A stretch of 64,000 bases of DNA from Octopus sinensis. Lineage: Eukaryota. The notes below the pieces were generated by a model. That model searched no databases. It worked only from the letters and a program-made list of their open reading frames with translations, and was not told where the DNA came from. The position numbers and the translations under genes were made by a program. The stretch lies in the NCBI RefSeq assembly GCF_006345805.1, contig NC_042997.1:69192001-69256000 (forward strand). Reading direction: 5' to 3'. How positions within the stretch are numbered: the first letter of the stretch is position 1; each line of letters opens with the position of its first letter. This document shows, piece by piece, positions 50,430 through 64,000 of this stretch.

Positions 50430-50679
50430 TAATATATATATTTAACATTAAGGATAACCTCTAATAAGGATCTTAACAAGAAGTTATCAGGTAGATAGCG
50501 TGAAAAACCTCATAAGAGAAAAATTTCGAAAATAATTCTTTCTTATTGAACATATTAATTTATATAGAGAGGCATTATTATACATACATGCCTCACGCTA
50601 AGAGGGACATCAGTCATTTCTACCAAAAAAATTTTATTAATTTACATATATATATATATACATATATATTATATATATA

Positions 50680-51892
50680 TTGGGCCATCCCATAAATAAT
50701 GCGGTTTTTTTAATCTTTAACTTCCAAATTAGGATAAACAAATATTTTAAATCTAAAATATATTCTACAATGCTCTTCCATGTGTCTGGTTGACTTGAAG
50801 ACCCCTCTTCCAAAATTCACTTGTCCGTGACGAAAAGTACTCCTCCACTACTATTTTGACCTCGTCTACAGAATTCATATTTTTTCCGTCCAAATGATTT
50901 TGAAGATTGCGGAATATAATAATCAGATGGGGCAATGTCCGGCGAATGTGGTGGATGGGGCATCGTCTCCCATTTAAACTGCTCTAGCCTTTGGAATGTC
51001 ATTCTCGCTGTATGTGGCCGAGCAGTAACCTGATGGAAGAACACCTTTCGTTTTGAAACCAAAGATGGTCGTTTTTCTTCTAGCGATGACTTAAGCCGCA
51101 CAGGCTGCTCGCAGTAGATCTCCTTTGTTAACGTGTGTTTAGGTTTTAAATGTTCAAAGTGAACTAAACCTTTCACATCCCACCAAACAGATAGCAGCAT
51201 CTTACGTAGGTGAAGACGTTCTTTAGCCTGGGGTGCCGGTGTTTCTCCTTTCTCACTGACTTCATTTTTTTAGGAGAACCCATTTATCGCCACCAGCCAC
51301 TATTCGGTCCAAAAAAAAAAAAAGGTTCATTCGTCAGACGTGACAGCAAAGAAGAGTACACATTCATTCTCCGCGAGCGATTAGACTCAGAAAATTTGTG
51401 AGGAACCAATTCACCCAATTTGCTGACTTTTCTTATGGTACGCATTTGTCGATGAATGGTTGACTGACCAAATCCAAGCTTCTCTGCTCAACAGTTACGA
51501 TGGGATTTTGCTCCACCAGGGTTTGCAGGACGTCCTCGTCGAGCTCTACATATCTTCCTGGATAAGGTTCAGTTTCTGGCTCGGAATTTCTGGAACCACC
51601 GTTGACACTGTCCGATCCCCATATACTGCATTAATATTCCTCGCACTTTCCGTTGAGCTGATGCCTTTATTGAACTCATAAAGCAATATATGCCGGATAT
51701 GCTCCTTTGTCACTTCCATTATAGCTTTGAAAAGTAACTGTTAAAACCGAACTGCACACTTTACTAAGAATAAGTATAAAGGCAAAATCACTACCTACTT
51801 TTATAGGAAGTTGATGCAAGTAGTTATCCCGTGTCCTTCCGATTCGTAGTACATGCCATTGAAAAAACCGCATTATATATGGGATGACCCAA
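50680..51892 (-). mobile_element. Mariner (Tc1/mariner) element, degraded transposase
   Basis: TIRs TTGGGCCATCCCATAAATAATGCGGTTTTTT / TTGGGTCATCCCATATATAATGCGGTTTTTT with TA on both sides. MEVTKEHIRHILLYEF at ATG 51719; MLLSVWWDVKG and HPPHSPDIAPSDY motifs. Confidence 0.93.
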
Positions 51893-51941
<49 letters not shown>

Positions 51942-52088
51942 TTTACTTGTTTCACCCATTTAGTTGAACAAATCGACCCAGGGCTTATTTTTGTAAGCTT
52001 AATACTTAGTCTGTCGGTTTCTTTTGCCGTACTACTAAGTTACGGAGACTAAACACACCAATATCGGAGTGGGGACAAACATACACAT

Positions 52089-52123
<35 letters not shown>

Positions 52124-52252
52124 TTATATATATATTCCATGCTTTTGCTTTTTATGTTCTCGTTTCTCATTTTGTTCACGTTATTTTGACGTCCTATACC
52201 CATATATGCATGTATATATACATATAAATATGTAGGCATGTACATTGATGTG

Positions 52253-52289
<37 letters not shown>

Positions 52290-52334
52290 GTTTGTATATG
52301 ATTTATATCATTATATGATCGAACGTTATCTATA

Positions 52335-52419
<85 letters not shown>

Positions 52420-53788
52420 CTCTCTATATATATATGTACGATGGGCTTCTTTCAGTTTCCGTCTCTCAAATCCACTCACAAAGCTTTGGTAGGCCCGAGG
52501 CTATAGCAGAAGACACTTGCCCCAGATGTCAGGCAATAGGACTGAACGCGGAACCATGTGGTTGTGATACAAGCATCTGACCACATAATGTGCGTGTGTG
52601 TAAGAGTTTTATTGCGGAACAGCGGCCACGTTAGCCAACCAAATCAACGTAAAACATGCTAAATGTATTCCTCATTTATTTCTTAATGCCTGATACGACA
52701 GGGTTAGCGACATTTTCAACAGCAACAATGTTAATGACCAGGTGAATTTAGAAATTGCAATTTTTGGTATCAAAAATGCCGGTTTTTCTCTTTTACACGT
52801 ATATATAAACAAAATAACTTGTATACCTATTTCTTTATTACCCACAAGGGGCTAAACATAGAGGGGACAAACAAGGACAGACATAGGTATTAAGTCGATT
52901 ACATCGACCCCAGTGCGTAACTGGTGCTTAATTTATCGACCCCGAAAGGATGAAAGGCAAAGTCGACCTCGGCGGAACTCACAACGTAACGGCAGACGAA
53001 ATACGACTACGCATTTCGCCCGACGTGCTAACATTTCTGCCAGCTCGCCGCCTTATCACTTGTATACCAACTACACTCGAGGAGTGCAACTGTAATCTAA
53101 AGAAGGAAGGTTTGACCTAAAATACAGACTTGAAAGGAAAATGTCTGAATATTGTGAGTAGAAAAGAAATACAAATTTATAGACTTAGTAAAACATCAAG
53201 AGAAATTGTTAAAATTGGAAATTGGAAATTTGTAACGATTGCCCTGGTTACAGTACTATCCGACAGGAAGATGAAATAGCTTACGTCATGACGAAAAATC
53301 AGATTTTGTTAAGCCGTGTTTTAGTGGTGAATGGCAGTGAGAGAGAAACAGAAGTTTAGAGTGGGTGCCAGGGGAAGGCAAGCTGCAAGAAATGTGACAC
53401 TTGTTTGTGTCTGTGTTTTGGTGTCAGCCCGCCAAAAGAGTGAGTAGCTACCAAGCAGAAGTGACATGTGAAAGTGGGAGAAAGAAATTAATGGTTTCCA
53501 GGTATTCAACCCAAACAAAGTGCTCCAAGTTTAATTGAATGCATATGTGAATGTGTTGGCGAGAGTGCTCGTTTGCGAACGTGTGCGCGTGTTTTTATAT
53601 GTGTGTGTGCGTGATTGTGTGCAAATATGCCAGTTCACGGGTAATACACGCACGCGCACACACCTGCACACGCATAGATGTACGAGCTTCGATTTTGAAC
53701 ATAAGCAAGACTCTACACTTTATACATGCTAACAACAGAGAATACAGTCACGCAGGAAGCTGGAGATTTGAGATATCTCTACCTTATG

Positions 53789-55052
53789 CGAGGGATGTTC
53801 ATTAAAGATTTCTTCTGTCCCACTTTCCAAGGACTGAGATTAACGAAACTTTACATAATTATTAGCCCTTCTCTGCATAGCCACCACCAATGGTGACACA
53901 CTTCTCACATCGCTTTATGCAGCTGTGAAGGCCTCGTCTGTAGAAGTTGGTAGGTTGCGTCTGGAGCCCAGACTTTACCTCGGTAATAAGCTCGTCACCA
54001 TCCGAAAAGTGTTTCCTCTACAAAAAAGACTTCATGTTTGGCAAGATGTGGAAGTCAGATGTGCGAGGTCGGGAGAGAAAGTGGGATGAGGAAGGATTTC
54101 ATAGACGCAGGAGTGTGCTTCCATCTAGGTAACATGCGCATTGTGAACTGGGGCGTTGCCTTGGAGGAGGCGGACTCTTTTGGTCAGCATGCCACGCCTC
54201 TCTGCTTTGCTGGCATTCCGCAATTTCTGTAGCAGAGAAGCAATGCCCCATTAATTTTGTTGCCCGTCTGCCAGAAAATCCATTATCACTAATCCGCGTT
54301 GGTCCAAAAATACTGTATCATCTTACATGATGAAGGTTGGCCACGAGCCTCCTTTGGAAGTGGTGAGTTATCATGGTTCCATTGCTTCGACTGGACTTTA
54401 CTCTCAGGATCATAGTGATGGACCCATGTTTCAACCTGTCTGATAAGTCTGCCAAAAAAGCCCTCCTTGATTTCTTGGCACATTGCCAAAAGAGACTGGG
54501 AGCAATTGATTCTGAAAAGGTGTGAGCATTTAGGGAATACATCGGGCAGACAATTTCCGCACGTGCAAATAATCGTGAATTACTTTTTCCACGGACCCTA
54601 CACTTACCTTCACTTCTTGGGCTAGTTGTTGAATAGTTATGCGGCGATCTTCCAAAACGGCAGATTCCAGTTTATGTATGGTGTCGTCATCAATGACGGA
54701 ATGTGGTCGTTCAGGAATAGGAGCAATTTCCACCGGTGTCCGACCACATTTGAACTATTGATGCCAGTGCTTGACGACGACGTATAATGGTGCATCATTG
54801 CCATAAACTTGTTTCATCTCATCGAAAGTCTCTTTTGGTGTACGACGTTTCAAGTATAACAACATGATCACTGATCTGCATTCAACTGCCTCCATTATAT
54901 CTTAGTCCACTTGAGGAACCGAAAAGACGAAGGAATACAAATGGAAAGCTACAATTTACAATGTGACTTGTAGAGACAGGTATAATTATACCTGTTCAAG
55001 TTCCATGTCCTGCAGTAGTGTGTCAGCGGAAATTTTTAATGAACACTCCTCA
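53789..55052 (-). mobile_element. Second mariner element, degraded transposase
   Basis: Imperfect TIRs CGAGGGATGTTCATTAAAGATTTC / TGAGGAGTGTTCATTAAAAATTTC. MEAVECR at ATG 54895; DRRITIQQLA, ETWVHHYDPESK and SPDFTS motifs. Confidence 0.9.
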
Positions 55053-55506
55053 TAAACGTTCCTTGCGATGACGGTACGGAAGTGGCGGTAATCTATTGCC
55101 TCTTTATGTTTCTTTTTTCATCACAAAATTTAGCTAAATATCCCCTTCTCACCCACCATGGTTAGCATGGATGTGGTTTTTGCCTCCATAATGCAACTAT
55201 GCAGCAATCTTAACTGTGCTATATCTTACCACATGCGCTCACCAGCGACACGGCATTAATATAAGATGAGCGACTGGCTGCTTCGTTTGCTAAAGCGTTG
55301 GGCTATATATGTGACATCACTGGTTCCGGCTGTGTTCTGCGTTGTTAGAATCGTTTAAGAATATACCAATTAAGTGTGATTCAGCTTTCATTCCCCTTAG
55401 CACTCATACATTCAATGAATCGCCGATGAGAGGCAAAAGTGAACCTCTGTATTTTTGTGACTACGCAGGAACCTAAAGCCTAAGCATGGTACAAATGACG
55501 AGTTTA

Positions 55507-55586
<80 letters not shown>

Positions 55587-55770
55587 TACCTACACATATG
55601 CATACAGATATATATACATACATATATGCGAGTGTCTGTGATTGTATGTTTGCATGGGTGAATATATAAATGTGAATTAGTAATGTATGTGGGTATCTAA
55701 AGTTTCCCTCATATATGCATATGTGTGTGTGTGTATGCGTGTGTGTGCTTATATGTGCGTGTGCGTCTAT

Positions 55771-55824
<54 letters not shown>

Positions 55825-56298
55825 TATGTGTGCGTGTGTGTTTATGAGAGCATAAAAATAGATGTCCTTATAACTTCTTTGATACTGTATTGAATTCATG
55901 AACTCTTCTTTATCTCAACCAGTCAATCAGTATATTATCGACGTATTGTGATTTTCAGACATACACGCAATTCTAAATTGTTCCCTGTGAACATCGATGT
56001 CATCTGAGAATGTTACGTGCCGTAAAGTAGCGTCTCATCCAGAGAGGAAATTTATCTCTTAGCTGGGTGCCTACATACTCTAGATAACGTAATGTACTTA
56101 AAAGAATTATGTGCTATACGCGCATATGTATAAAAAGTGTTATTAAAAGAGTTATGTGCTATACGCGCATGTGTATAAAGGTAAAAGTGACAAAAAGAGT
56201 AAGAAAATAGAGAAATCACGAGAAAAAGTAAAGTTTGTAATATACACAGACACACACACGCATATACTTACATATTTACATATATATGAACCTCGCAA

Positions 56299-56392
<94 letters not shown>

Positions 56393-57329
56393 TTACATAC
56401 ATATGCTACAAATCACATACATAAACCTATACACACATGTATGCATACACATATTCCTTATATCCCCATGCAGATTGCGCCGAGAAAGAATACAAGAGAG
56501 AAGAAGGAGGGGAGGAGGGATAGAGAGAATGGTAGGAAGGAAGAAAGGAAACCAAAGAAAGAAGGGAAGAAAATAAGAAGGCGAGAGGAGAAAGAGAAGA
56601 GTAAATGAAATGTGAATAAGATTTGGGCTGGTGTATTTAAGGCATAATGGAATAAAATATATAAAAAATACAAATATGCAAGAATAATCGAAAAAATATA
56701 AACAATAATTTAAAAAATTACAAATGAAGCGTTTAAACCCAACAAATCGATGTCATTACTTATTTTTTTTGTTTTTCAATTTAACTCTGATACTTAATAT
56801 CCCTCTCTCTTGCCGAACCGCTATATCGCGTGGACATATACAAACTTCTCTCAAGACTAATAACGCAGTATTTTGCGTTCTAAAAAGACATTCATGTTAA
56901 GTTGGATATAAGTATTGATTTTTGATACTAATATTAAATCTGTCATCAATAATTAATTTTTAGTAAGCCTGCGGGTTATTTGAGACATGAGTGCCTGAAA
57001 AATGCTGATATTCTATGTATCATAGTTGTCAAATTTGTTTGGTTTGCGGGTACCGAACGCCTCATACTAATAAGGTTCTGACGCCCATGACGGACGATTT
57101 TCTCCTGCTACGATTCATGTGTGCTTTTATGCACCATGCGCCTAATAACGCAGTATTCGGTGTTCTAACAAGACATCCTGTTTCTTTATTATCTACAAAT
57201 ATAGAAGGGGACAATACAGCCTGATTGGGGTCAGACACAAAATGATTATATGACTTTTAAAAGGTTACAAAATATAATGAAATCGAATGCGATACAACAA
57301 AAACAAAATACAAACATGAAATGAAGCAG

Positions 57330-57510
57330 AGAGATAGGTTACGCTCCGACCCCACGAACCCCATTCTCCTACTGGAACCTTTGTATACAGACTTATGACA
57401 TGTCCACGAGGAATCTTTCATTCCCCGCACCCTTGCAACATGCAACCATCTTTCTTTGAACATTTTCTTTGACAGGCATCTTCTTTCCAGCCTCACCTTC
57501 CTTTGCTTTT
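57330..57510 (-). mobile_element. Tx1/L1-type 3' end fragment
   Basis: KVRLERRCLSKKMFKERWLHVAR, similar to the C-termini at about 1600 and about 63010. Confidence 0.55.
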
Positions 57511-58449
57511 TGATACTAATAATGCTTCCGTCTTCCGTCGATAATAATTAATATATATATATGCGTTATGCGTATGTGTATGTCTGTGTGTGTGTATACG
57601 TAAACTATCAATTTTAATCTCGTTTCTGCATATATCCTAAATATAATTATGACGTCACAGAAAGGTAGATGTCAGCTGGTTGTTTATGAACACATAGCTT
57701 CTTGTCATTAATACGTAAATAAAAAGAAACAGGGAGAAACAGGGCTAGGAATTGAAGGATAAAACATTATGGAGACACATTTACACTGAGAGATATTTAG
57801 TTTGTTTTATTTCTCATGTCATAGAGAAAAGAGCTATATGATGTTTCAGAACTATCCATCTTCTGAAAGAAATAAAAAAGGATTTAATTCTTTCTTTATA
57901 AGGCTAACGGAAACCATGGAAAATACCGTGAGGGCGTTCTATATTATTTCAATATAGTGGACTGCGACGTCAACAGAATTCTATATTTAAGATTCTGAAG
58001 TTTGTTTTCTAGAACATTTTATTGCTATTTCTAGCAGAGTTATAGACTTCTGAGACATTTCCTATTTTAGCTCCTTTCTGCCTGAGTGTAGGGACGCGTG
58101 CTCAATGGATGACTTTTTTTCATAGCGGTTCGTTATTCTATGATCTTAACATTGAAAATAGCCTGTTTTGTTACTCTTCTGTCTGCTCATCAGTCTTTCT
58201 ATTTTTTCTTTGTTTCTGTCTTTCTAACCACTGTCTCTCATCTATTTATTTTCCATTTCTGTCATTCATTCTTTTACCATGATATGTAAGGCGATTTCTT
58301 TCATCGTATTTCTTATTTTTATCTTCTCTTGCCTGGCTCACCCATTTATATTTTATGTGGCTGAGCATTCTACTAACACGCACACTCTTAATGTAATCCA
58401 TAGAAAGAAATCATTGTGATGCAATGAAACAAGGGTACACATTTGAATT

Positions 58450-58900
58450 ACTGATAGAATTCATCTGACAGGCTTTCAACCAATTTCCATCTACCTAAAT
58501 GATGAAAGTAACTAACCAGAAACTTGTCGGATGGATTTTACGTGTGGTTCAAAGGTATGGCTTTATCATACATACTGTATGCCGCTGACTTGGCAGTATA
58601 TGGTTCTGTATTCTCGTGTAAGACCTGCATCCCTTTACGGTTAACAAATGATGGCCGTTTTTTCTGTACAACTTTGTGCAAAGCTTCCATTTGACGACAA
58701 TACTTCTCGCACTGTTTTGTTTTATTTAACACTTCATGATACGCCATTCTTCATATCTCAACAAGCGCCGAGCATAACTTTTTTCCGGTTTAATTATGAA
58801 ATCAACTGATCTGATCTGGAGTTGCTTTTTTAAGGAGGATGGGTCGATTTTAGAAGCCACATTGGGAAATACTGTCTGTTTATTTCTTGGATAAGCTCCG
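58450..58900 (-). mobile_element. Highly degraded mariner remnant
   Basis: EKYCRQMEALHKVVQKKRPSFVNRKGMQVLHENTEPYTAK resembles the mariner catalytic region (LHDNARPH). Confidence 0.7.
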
Positions 58901-59139
58901 AAGATAGATTTTTTTCTCAATGTATTACATGTGTGAGATACTACCATATTCGTATTTAGTCTGCACACCCCTCTTCTGGACTATTTCCTCACTTATACAT
59001 ATTGCTGATATTTCTATTTTTACTTCAATTTCGCATGCTATCGCTATTAGTTACAATCATACACTCAGTTACCTGTATAAAACTACGTTACAGATTTAAT
59101 GATATAGTTACACATTGGTACACAAACATACATATTCCC

Positions 59140-59193
<54 letters not shown>

Positions 59194-60609
59194 ACATACA
59201 AACACACACACAGTAGACTAGACTACAAGTTTATCAGCAGGATGAAATTTAAAGAGCAGAGATAAACAACAGACAAAGGACGTAAACAAATCGTTATTTT
59301 GTTCATCTGTTACGTGTTTGAATAGTATACCGCTGGTGTAGTTTCATGTCATCTATGCATGCATTAAATGAATTCAAGAAAAATATTGGGATAGAAAAAA
59401 TAAAATAGTCTAGGGGTGTATAATATCACATCTGTTGAGGGTGTATGGCCGAGTGGGTAGTATGTGGTACTCACGATTGTGAGATCGCTGTTTCAATTCC
59501 TTGACCGCAGGGTTCGTTGTGTTCTTTTAGCAAAATACTTCCCATTGCATTGTTCTGCGATCACTTCGACACTTGACGTGTGGGGAACCTGTGCAACTAT
59601 TCAGACAATATCGATTTGATGGAGTGAGTGTGTACAGCACAAACATTCGATCACCATAAACAAATCATTTGTGCAGGTTTCTCAGTAAGAAATCGCAGAA
59701 AGAGAATCGTCTTTCTCGGGCTATGATAGACTATCCCCCTCCTCCTCCTCCTCCCCTCCTCCTCCTCCTCCCCTCCTCCTCCTCCACCTCCTCCTCCTTC
59801 TCCTCATCATCATAACACCTTTATGCCTGCGTAGTGAATATGAGCTTCTGTACGTGTGTGAGTGAGAGGCGCAATGGCCCAGTGGTTAGGGCAGCGGACT
59901 CGCGGTTGGAGGATCACAGTTTCGATTCCCGGACCGGCTTTGTTTTGTGTGTGTTTATTAAGCGAAAACACCTAAAAGCTCCACGAGGTTCCGGCAGGGG
60001 TGGTGGTGACCCTGTTGTACTCTTTCGCCACAACTTTCTCTCACTCTGTCTTCTTGTTTCGTGAGTAACGTTGCAATGGACTGGCGTCCCGTCCAGCTGA
60101 GGGAACACATCCGCCACAGAAACCGGGAAACCGGGCCTATGAGCCTGGCTAGGCTTGAAAGAGGCGAAAAGAAAGAAGATATGTGTGAGTGTAAGTGTGT
60201 GAGTGAACGTATGTTTGTGAGTATGTGTTTACCGAGTACCGAGACAGTCATTTTGCTTCACGGCTGTTATATTCTGGATATTTCGTGGGTCTAGAGGTGA
60301 AAGAAACGAAAAGTTACCGAAATATCCTGGTGGTCGCGTAGGTATATAGAAAAATATTACCAAACAATAAATCCAAGTGCCGGCTATGAAAGGTGTATAG
60401 ACGCAGAAATTTGGAATTAACAATTCTATAGCCTGGACACATTTTGTCAGCTATTGAAACATTTCTAGGCCTTTTAGCAGTATATGTCTACAGGAGATTC
60501 TGTCTCAAAATGAATACTGCTGTGTTGCGGTTTTTTACAATATATCCACATTAAGTGTGATAAACAGAATGTTATTCTGAACTAATTTTTCTTCCATCGC
60601 TAATAACGA

Positions 60610-63200
60610 AAAGCTGATGACGACCGCAGAAATACGGGCTATTAACAGTTGCACAAGTAGCAAATCAACCGGTTTGGATGGTTCACCTTATGAATTCTAC
60701 AAGTTCATGCCAAATTTGTTAGCCAGCGTCTTGACAAACGTCCGCCGCAACTGGTAGCAGGAAGGGAGAATTCCTAATGTTGTCAGCCAAGATGTGGTAA
60801 TGCTGCTGAAGAACGCCGAAAAAGGGACGTGCTGGTAAATTTTAAGCCCATAGTTCAAGATTTTGGTGAAAAAGCTGGCGCTTGTCTTCAGTAGTTTGGT
60901 GGGGTAAGCGCGAACGTGTGTGATCCTGAACAAGTGTTGTTTTATTATTACCCACAAGGGGCATCCTGAACAAGTGTATTCGTGACAATCTTCCCCTTGT
61001 GCAATACATCGCAAAGAGGGCTTGGATCGTTTCAGTTTGATGGCTAGATGTTTTAATTAGCTTTTTTTTAACTAAGCACTTTGAAACTTCGGATACTGGT
61101 AGAATGTGTCACATAGAACAGGGTTTACTCGTAATGTTTTTGACAAAATTTTGTATTTTAGAAGTTATTTCGTGTTAAAATTGTCGTATTTGGTTAATTT
61201 TAACCAATCAATGACGTGTATTCAACCGAAGAAAATTATTGCTGCTTTGCGAGCAACAACTTCCGGGTCCATTCCCCTAACAAAACCCTTCTTTGATAAC
61301 CAGACATGTTTTTATAGCTACATAGGTTTGCTGTATCAGGGTTGATTTGATGCAAAATAACAACAAAACTTTTACTAAGACAGACCCACGACGGAGCCTG
61401 TATGTGGTTGCGTGACTTGCTAGAAAAAGTAGCCAAACTTTTTATGTACAGAATAGAAAAACCTCTATACTGTGAAATACACGTAGAGTCCTTTACGTCT
61501 GGGAAGAAAGACCGAATGCTCGCAGCTGGGACATCTTTGATCATATCTGTTCAATCAGATTCAACTCGGGACTAAACAACAAGTGACGAATGGAACGAGA
61601 CAAGGCAACGAGAAAGCCTTTACCTGGTCGCTCGAGTTGCTAGAAAGAGCAACCAAATCTTCCTGACAGAAAGAAAAATGAAATTTCCGTTTTCAAGATA
61701 ACAAAATAATGCAAGTTTATATTATTTTATAATGTTCGCTTAGGAATTCATTACTTCTAGAAAAGAATAAGATAAAATGGTCATGGCTGGAACGCCTTTT
61801 CTCACAGATCCATTACAATCAGAGCTATGCTGTAGTTAAAACGACATTCTTCATTGTATGATGAAGCAGCTAAGTTACAGAAAAGTTGAAAGAATAAAAG
61901 ATACCAAATATCCATATTTCAAATATTGGGATTCTCTTAACTAGCGTAATTTATTAAGATTTTCGTATGAAATAAATAGAAAATGTTATGGGAACTCGGT
62001 CTTGTCCTCCAGCTTCACAAGAACTGAGACGAAGTGTTGAAGACTGTAGCCAGTCTTATTCAGAAATGGGTAGAGACAAAGCTATCCCTGAAAGGTTGGG
62101 CAGTAATGTCGAATGCCTACCATCGCCTCCGTTAACATTTATCGCTTGACCGTCGTGCTTTGACTTGGCTACTGCTTGATCAGGTTGCAAAGTCTGTTAA
62201 TTACTTTCTTGTGGAAAGGACGCATTGCCATCATCAGGCAATCGGTGAGCTACTAGTAACCTCTGCGTGACGGCTTAGGCATGCCTTGGCTTCTAATGCG
62301 CTAACACGCATTGATGTTGCCTCACCTGCAACGATTCCTAGATGGTGAACGTGCGAGGGCTCCGTTCATGAGACACGCCATTCAGCAGTTCGTCTCGTTG
62401 ACGGAGCTGCAATCCTGGGTGAAACAAAAGACCGAGACAGAGCACTCACAACTCTCTCCAAATTGGAAAATGGGATCAGTGAATATTTCACTCTAGCAAA
62501 TAAAGAAGATTAGTGGCTGGAAAGTGTCACGACGGTCTTGGGGGTAGTCTGGGTGTTGAACTGCTCTGTTCCGGAGGACTTTGCGTTTGGGCACTATCCT
62601 GGATAAGTTCCAAAAGTTCTTGGCACGGCAGTGCTACCGAGGGGCACCACATACTGGAGGCAAACTCTGCAGGCACAAATGTGCTGTCAGACGGGCTTGT
62701 TCGAGATGCGCGCAGAGAGACGAAACTGATCTGTATGCCCATGTTCAATGTCCGAGCATTGTTGAATTCTAGCGGTATGTTGAACAGCTCTATCGCGTGC
62801 GGGATAGATCCGTCTATTGGCCGAATCCATAGTGATGACTGCCCTACTACATTTTTAATCGTGCAGGTAAGACAGTTTTCTTTTATTTGGTGGTGATTGC
62901 AAAAAGTTTGTCGAATGGACGATGCTGTAAGGCATGAGGACAGATGTTTTCCTCTTTGGTTGATCCCTCATCGACATTTTCAATTTTTACTTGAAAAGGA
63001 GAGTAATGATAGAGAGAGGGAGGTGTTGTCCTCGAATTAAGTTATTGTAAGGTAAGTGAAAGTTGCAAAAATAGCAGAAGTAGATGTCACCGCTTTAAAT
63101 GCGGACCTGTGAGATGGAGAACTGGAATTGGGGAGGGTACTTGACTTTGGGGTACAGGGAAATCTTGGATACTGAGGTTCCTCCATTGTCACTAGAAGTT
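60610..63200 (+). mobile_element. Degraded Tx1/L1-type ORF2 interrupted by other repeats
   Basis: KSTGLDGSPYEFYK..PNLL..VL...W*QEGRIP....VMLLK...NFKPI (60660-60850). LMLPHLQRFLDGE, RLLAESIV and FYLKRRVMIEREVLSS (62310-63030). Confidence 0.7.
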
Positions 63201-64000
63201 CTTCTGTATCAGGAGGGTGATATCACTTCCAACTTTTTATTTTACCATCTCATTCTTATATCTGTCTTTGTACTGTCCCCACTCACCTAAGAGCCGGAGT
63301 CGATATAATCGACTGCACCCTCTATGCAAATACCTAGCTTTCTCCTTATATAAGAACACCATGTCAGTAGTTTTATATTTAGAGTTCGATATGATTAGTG
63401 TATGTATGTTCCTATCTTTTATGTCAACTACCAGTGTCACTAAAAATATTCATAAAATTCTTCCATTTTGTTTCAGGGTTGTAATATATTTTTTCGGTAT
63501 ATCAGAACAGAAATTAAATTTTTTTTTTGTTTATTTATCTATTTCGTCTTAAATTTTACTATTTACTTGAAATCTTCCTACCTTCCAGCTTTATACTGAT
63601 GTTTGATGTATTTAGAGGAAGTCGTGCGGACTGCCTAAAATTCACTGTATAGTGAATAGTAAAATAGTGAAGAAATCTGGTCGTGTGATTTAGAAATTTA
63701 CTTTGCAAGGAAGGAAGTAACATGTTCAGTCATAATGCGAGGTATTTCGGCTGCCAAAGTCTTGTCTTATCCCCAAGCATTTTCAGCAACATTATGCAAA
63801 TGTAAACTGTGTAGAGGACCTTTGCATGAGCTCTGCTTGTGATCCAAAATGTCAGACTTAACGGCCAGAGTTTACATTATGATTAAAGTGTCCATGTCTA
63901 CAACCTAATGTAAATGGTGTTGTTGATCCATCAATTGAAATGTTAGTCGTCAAATCCGACTGAGGATCTACGCACTGCAAAACCCCGCAATGACAAGGAA

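Noticed and set aside
56856-57182. Imperfect ~36-bp direct repeats (CTAATAACGCAGTATT...GTTCTAA.AAGACAT) about 285 bp apart; also short tandem duplications at about 35130-35275, 43900-43950 and 56098-56180
   Set aside because: Short, diverged local duplications with no LTR, TSD or coding evidence.
24936-60170. tRNA-like A/B boxes at SINE heads
   Set aside because: No complete cloverleaf, and each continues into a SINE body, so they are not tRNA genes.
31400-64000. Search for pappalysin exon 2 (expected phase-1 start similar to LYDKCS...RGW)
   Set aside because: No matching acceptor plus coding sequence was seen by eye; it is presumed to lie beyond the window.

Overview
AT-rich, microsatellite-dense animal DNA. 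The SINE repertoire, the (AT)n/(GT)n/(ATCT)n density and the TE mix suggest an octopus (coleoid cephalopod); this is an inference. The only host gene I can support is the first coding exon of a pappalysin (PAPP-A-like metzincin) on + (about 28290-31392). It encodes a probable signal peptide, a Thr-rich mucin-like tract, an approximately 950-aa pro-region, a furin-type RVRYAR site and the start of the LamG-like domain, and it ends at a phase-1 GT donor where human PAPPA exon 1 ends. The rest of the window (>32 kb) appears to be intron 1. Mobile DNA fills the remainder: a nearly intact 5'-truncated CR1-type LINE, three Penelope-like (PLE) RT fragments, Tx1/L1 fragments, several mariners, a hAT MITE, a Helentron-type element and three tRNA-SINE families. 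The most interesting signal is a set of hammerhead ribozyme (HHR) motifs found by eye. (i) A ~443-bp tandem array with an inverted 5' segment (20314-22313) carries five type-I HHR copies; it looks like a retrozyme and predicts a ~443-nt circular RNA. (ii) A minimal HHR has a swapped G3-C8 core (24254-24301). (iii) A minimal HHR lies in sense orientation inside the pappalysin intron (44872-44917). (iv) A degenerate long-stem-II HHR (16389-16472) has the same unusual core architecture as the array. All RNA folds and protein assignments were made by inspection, with no folding software or database search. Most ORF-track entries are microsatellite artefacts. Repeat boundaries are approximate unless TIRs or junctions are quoted.
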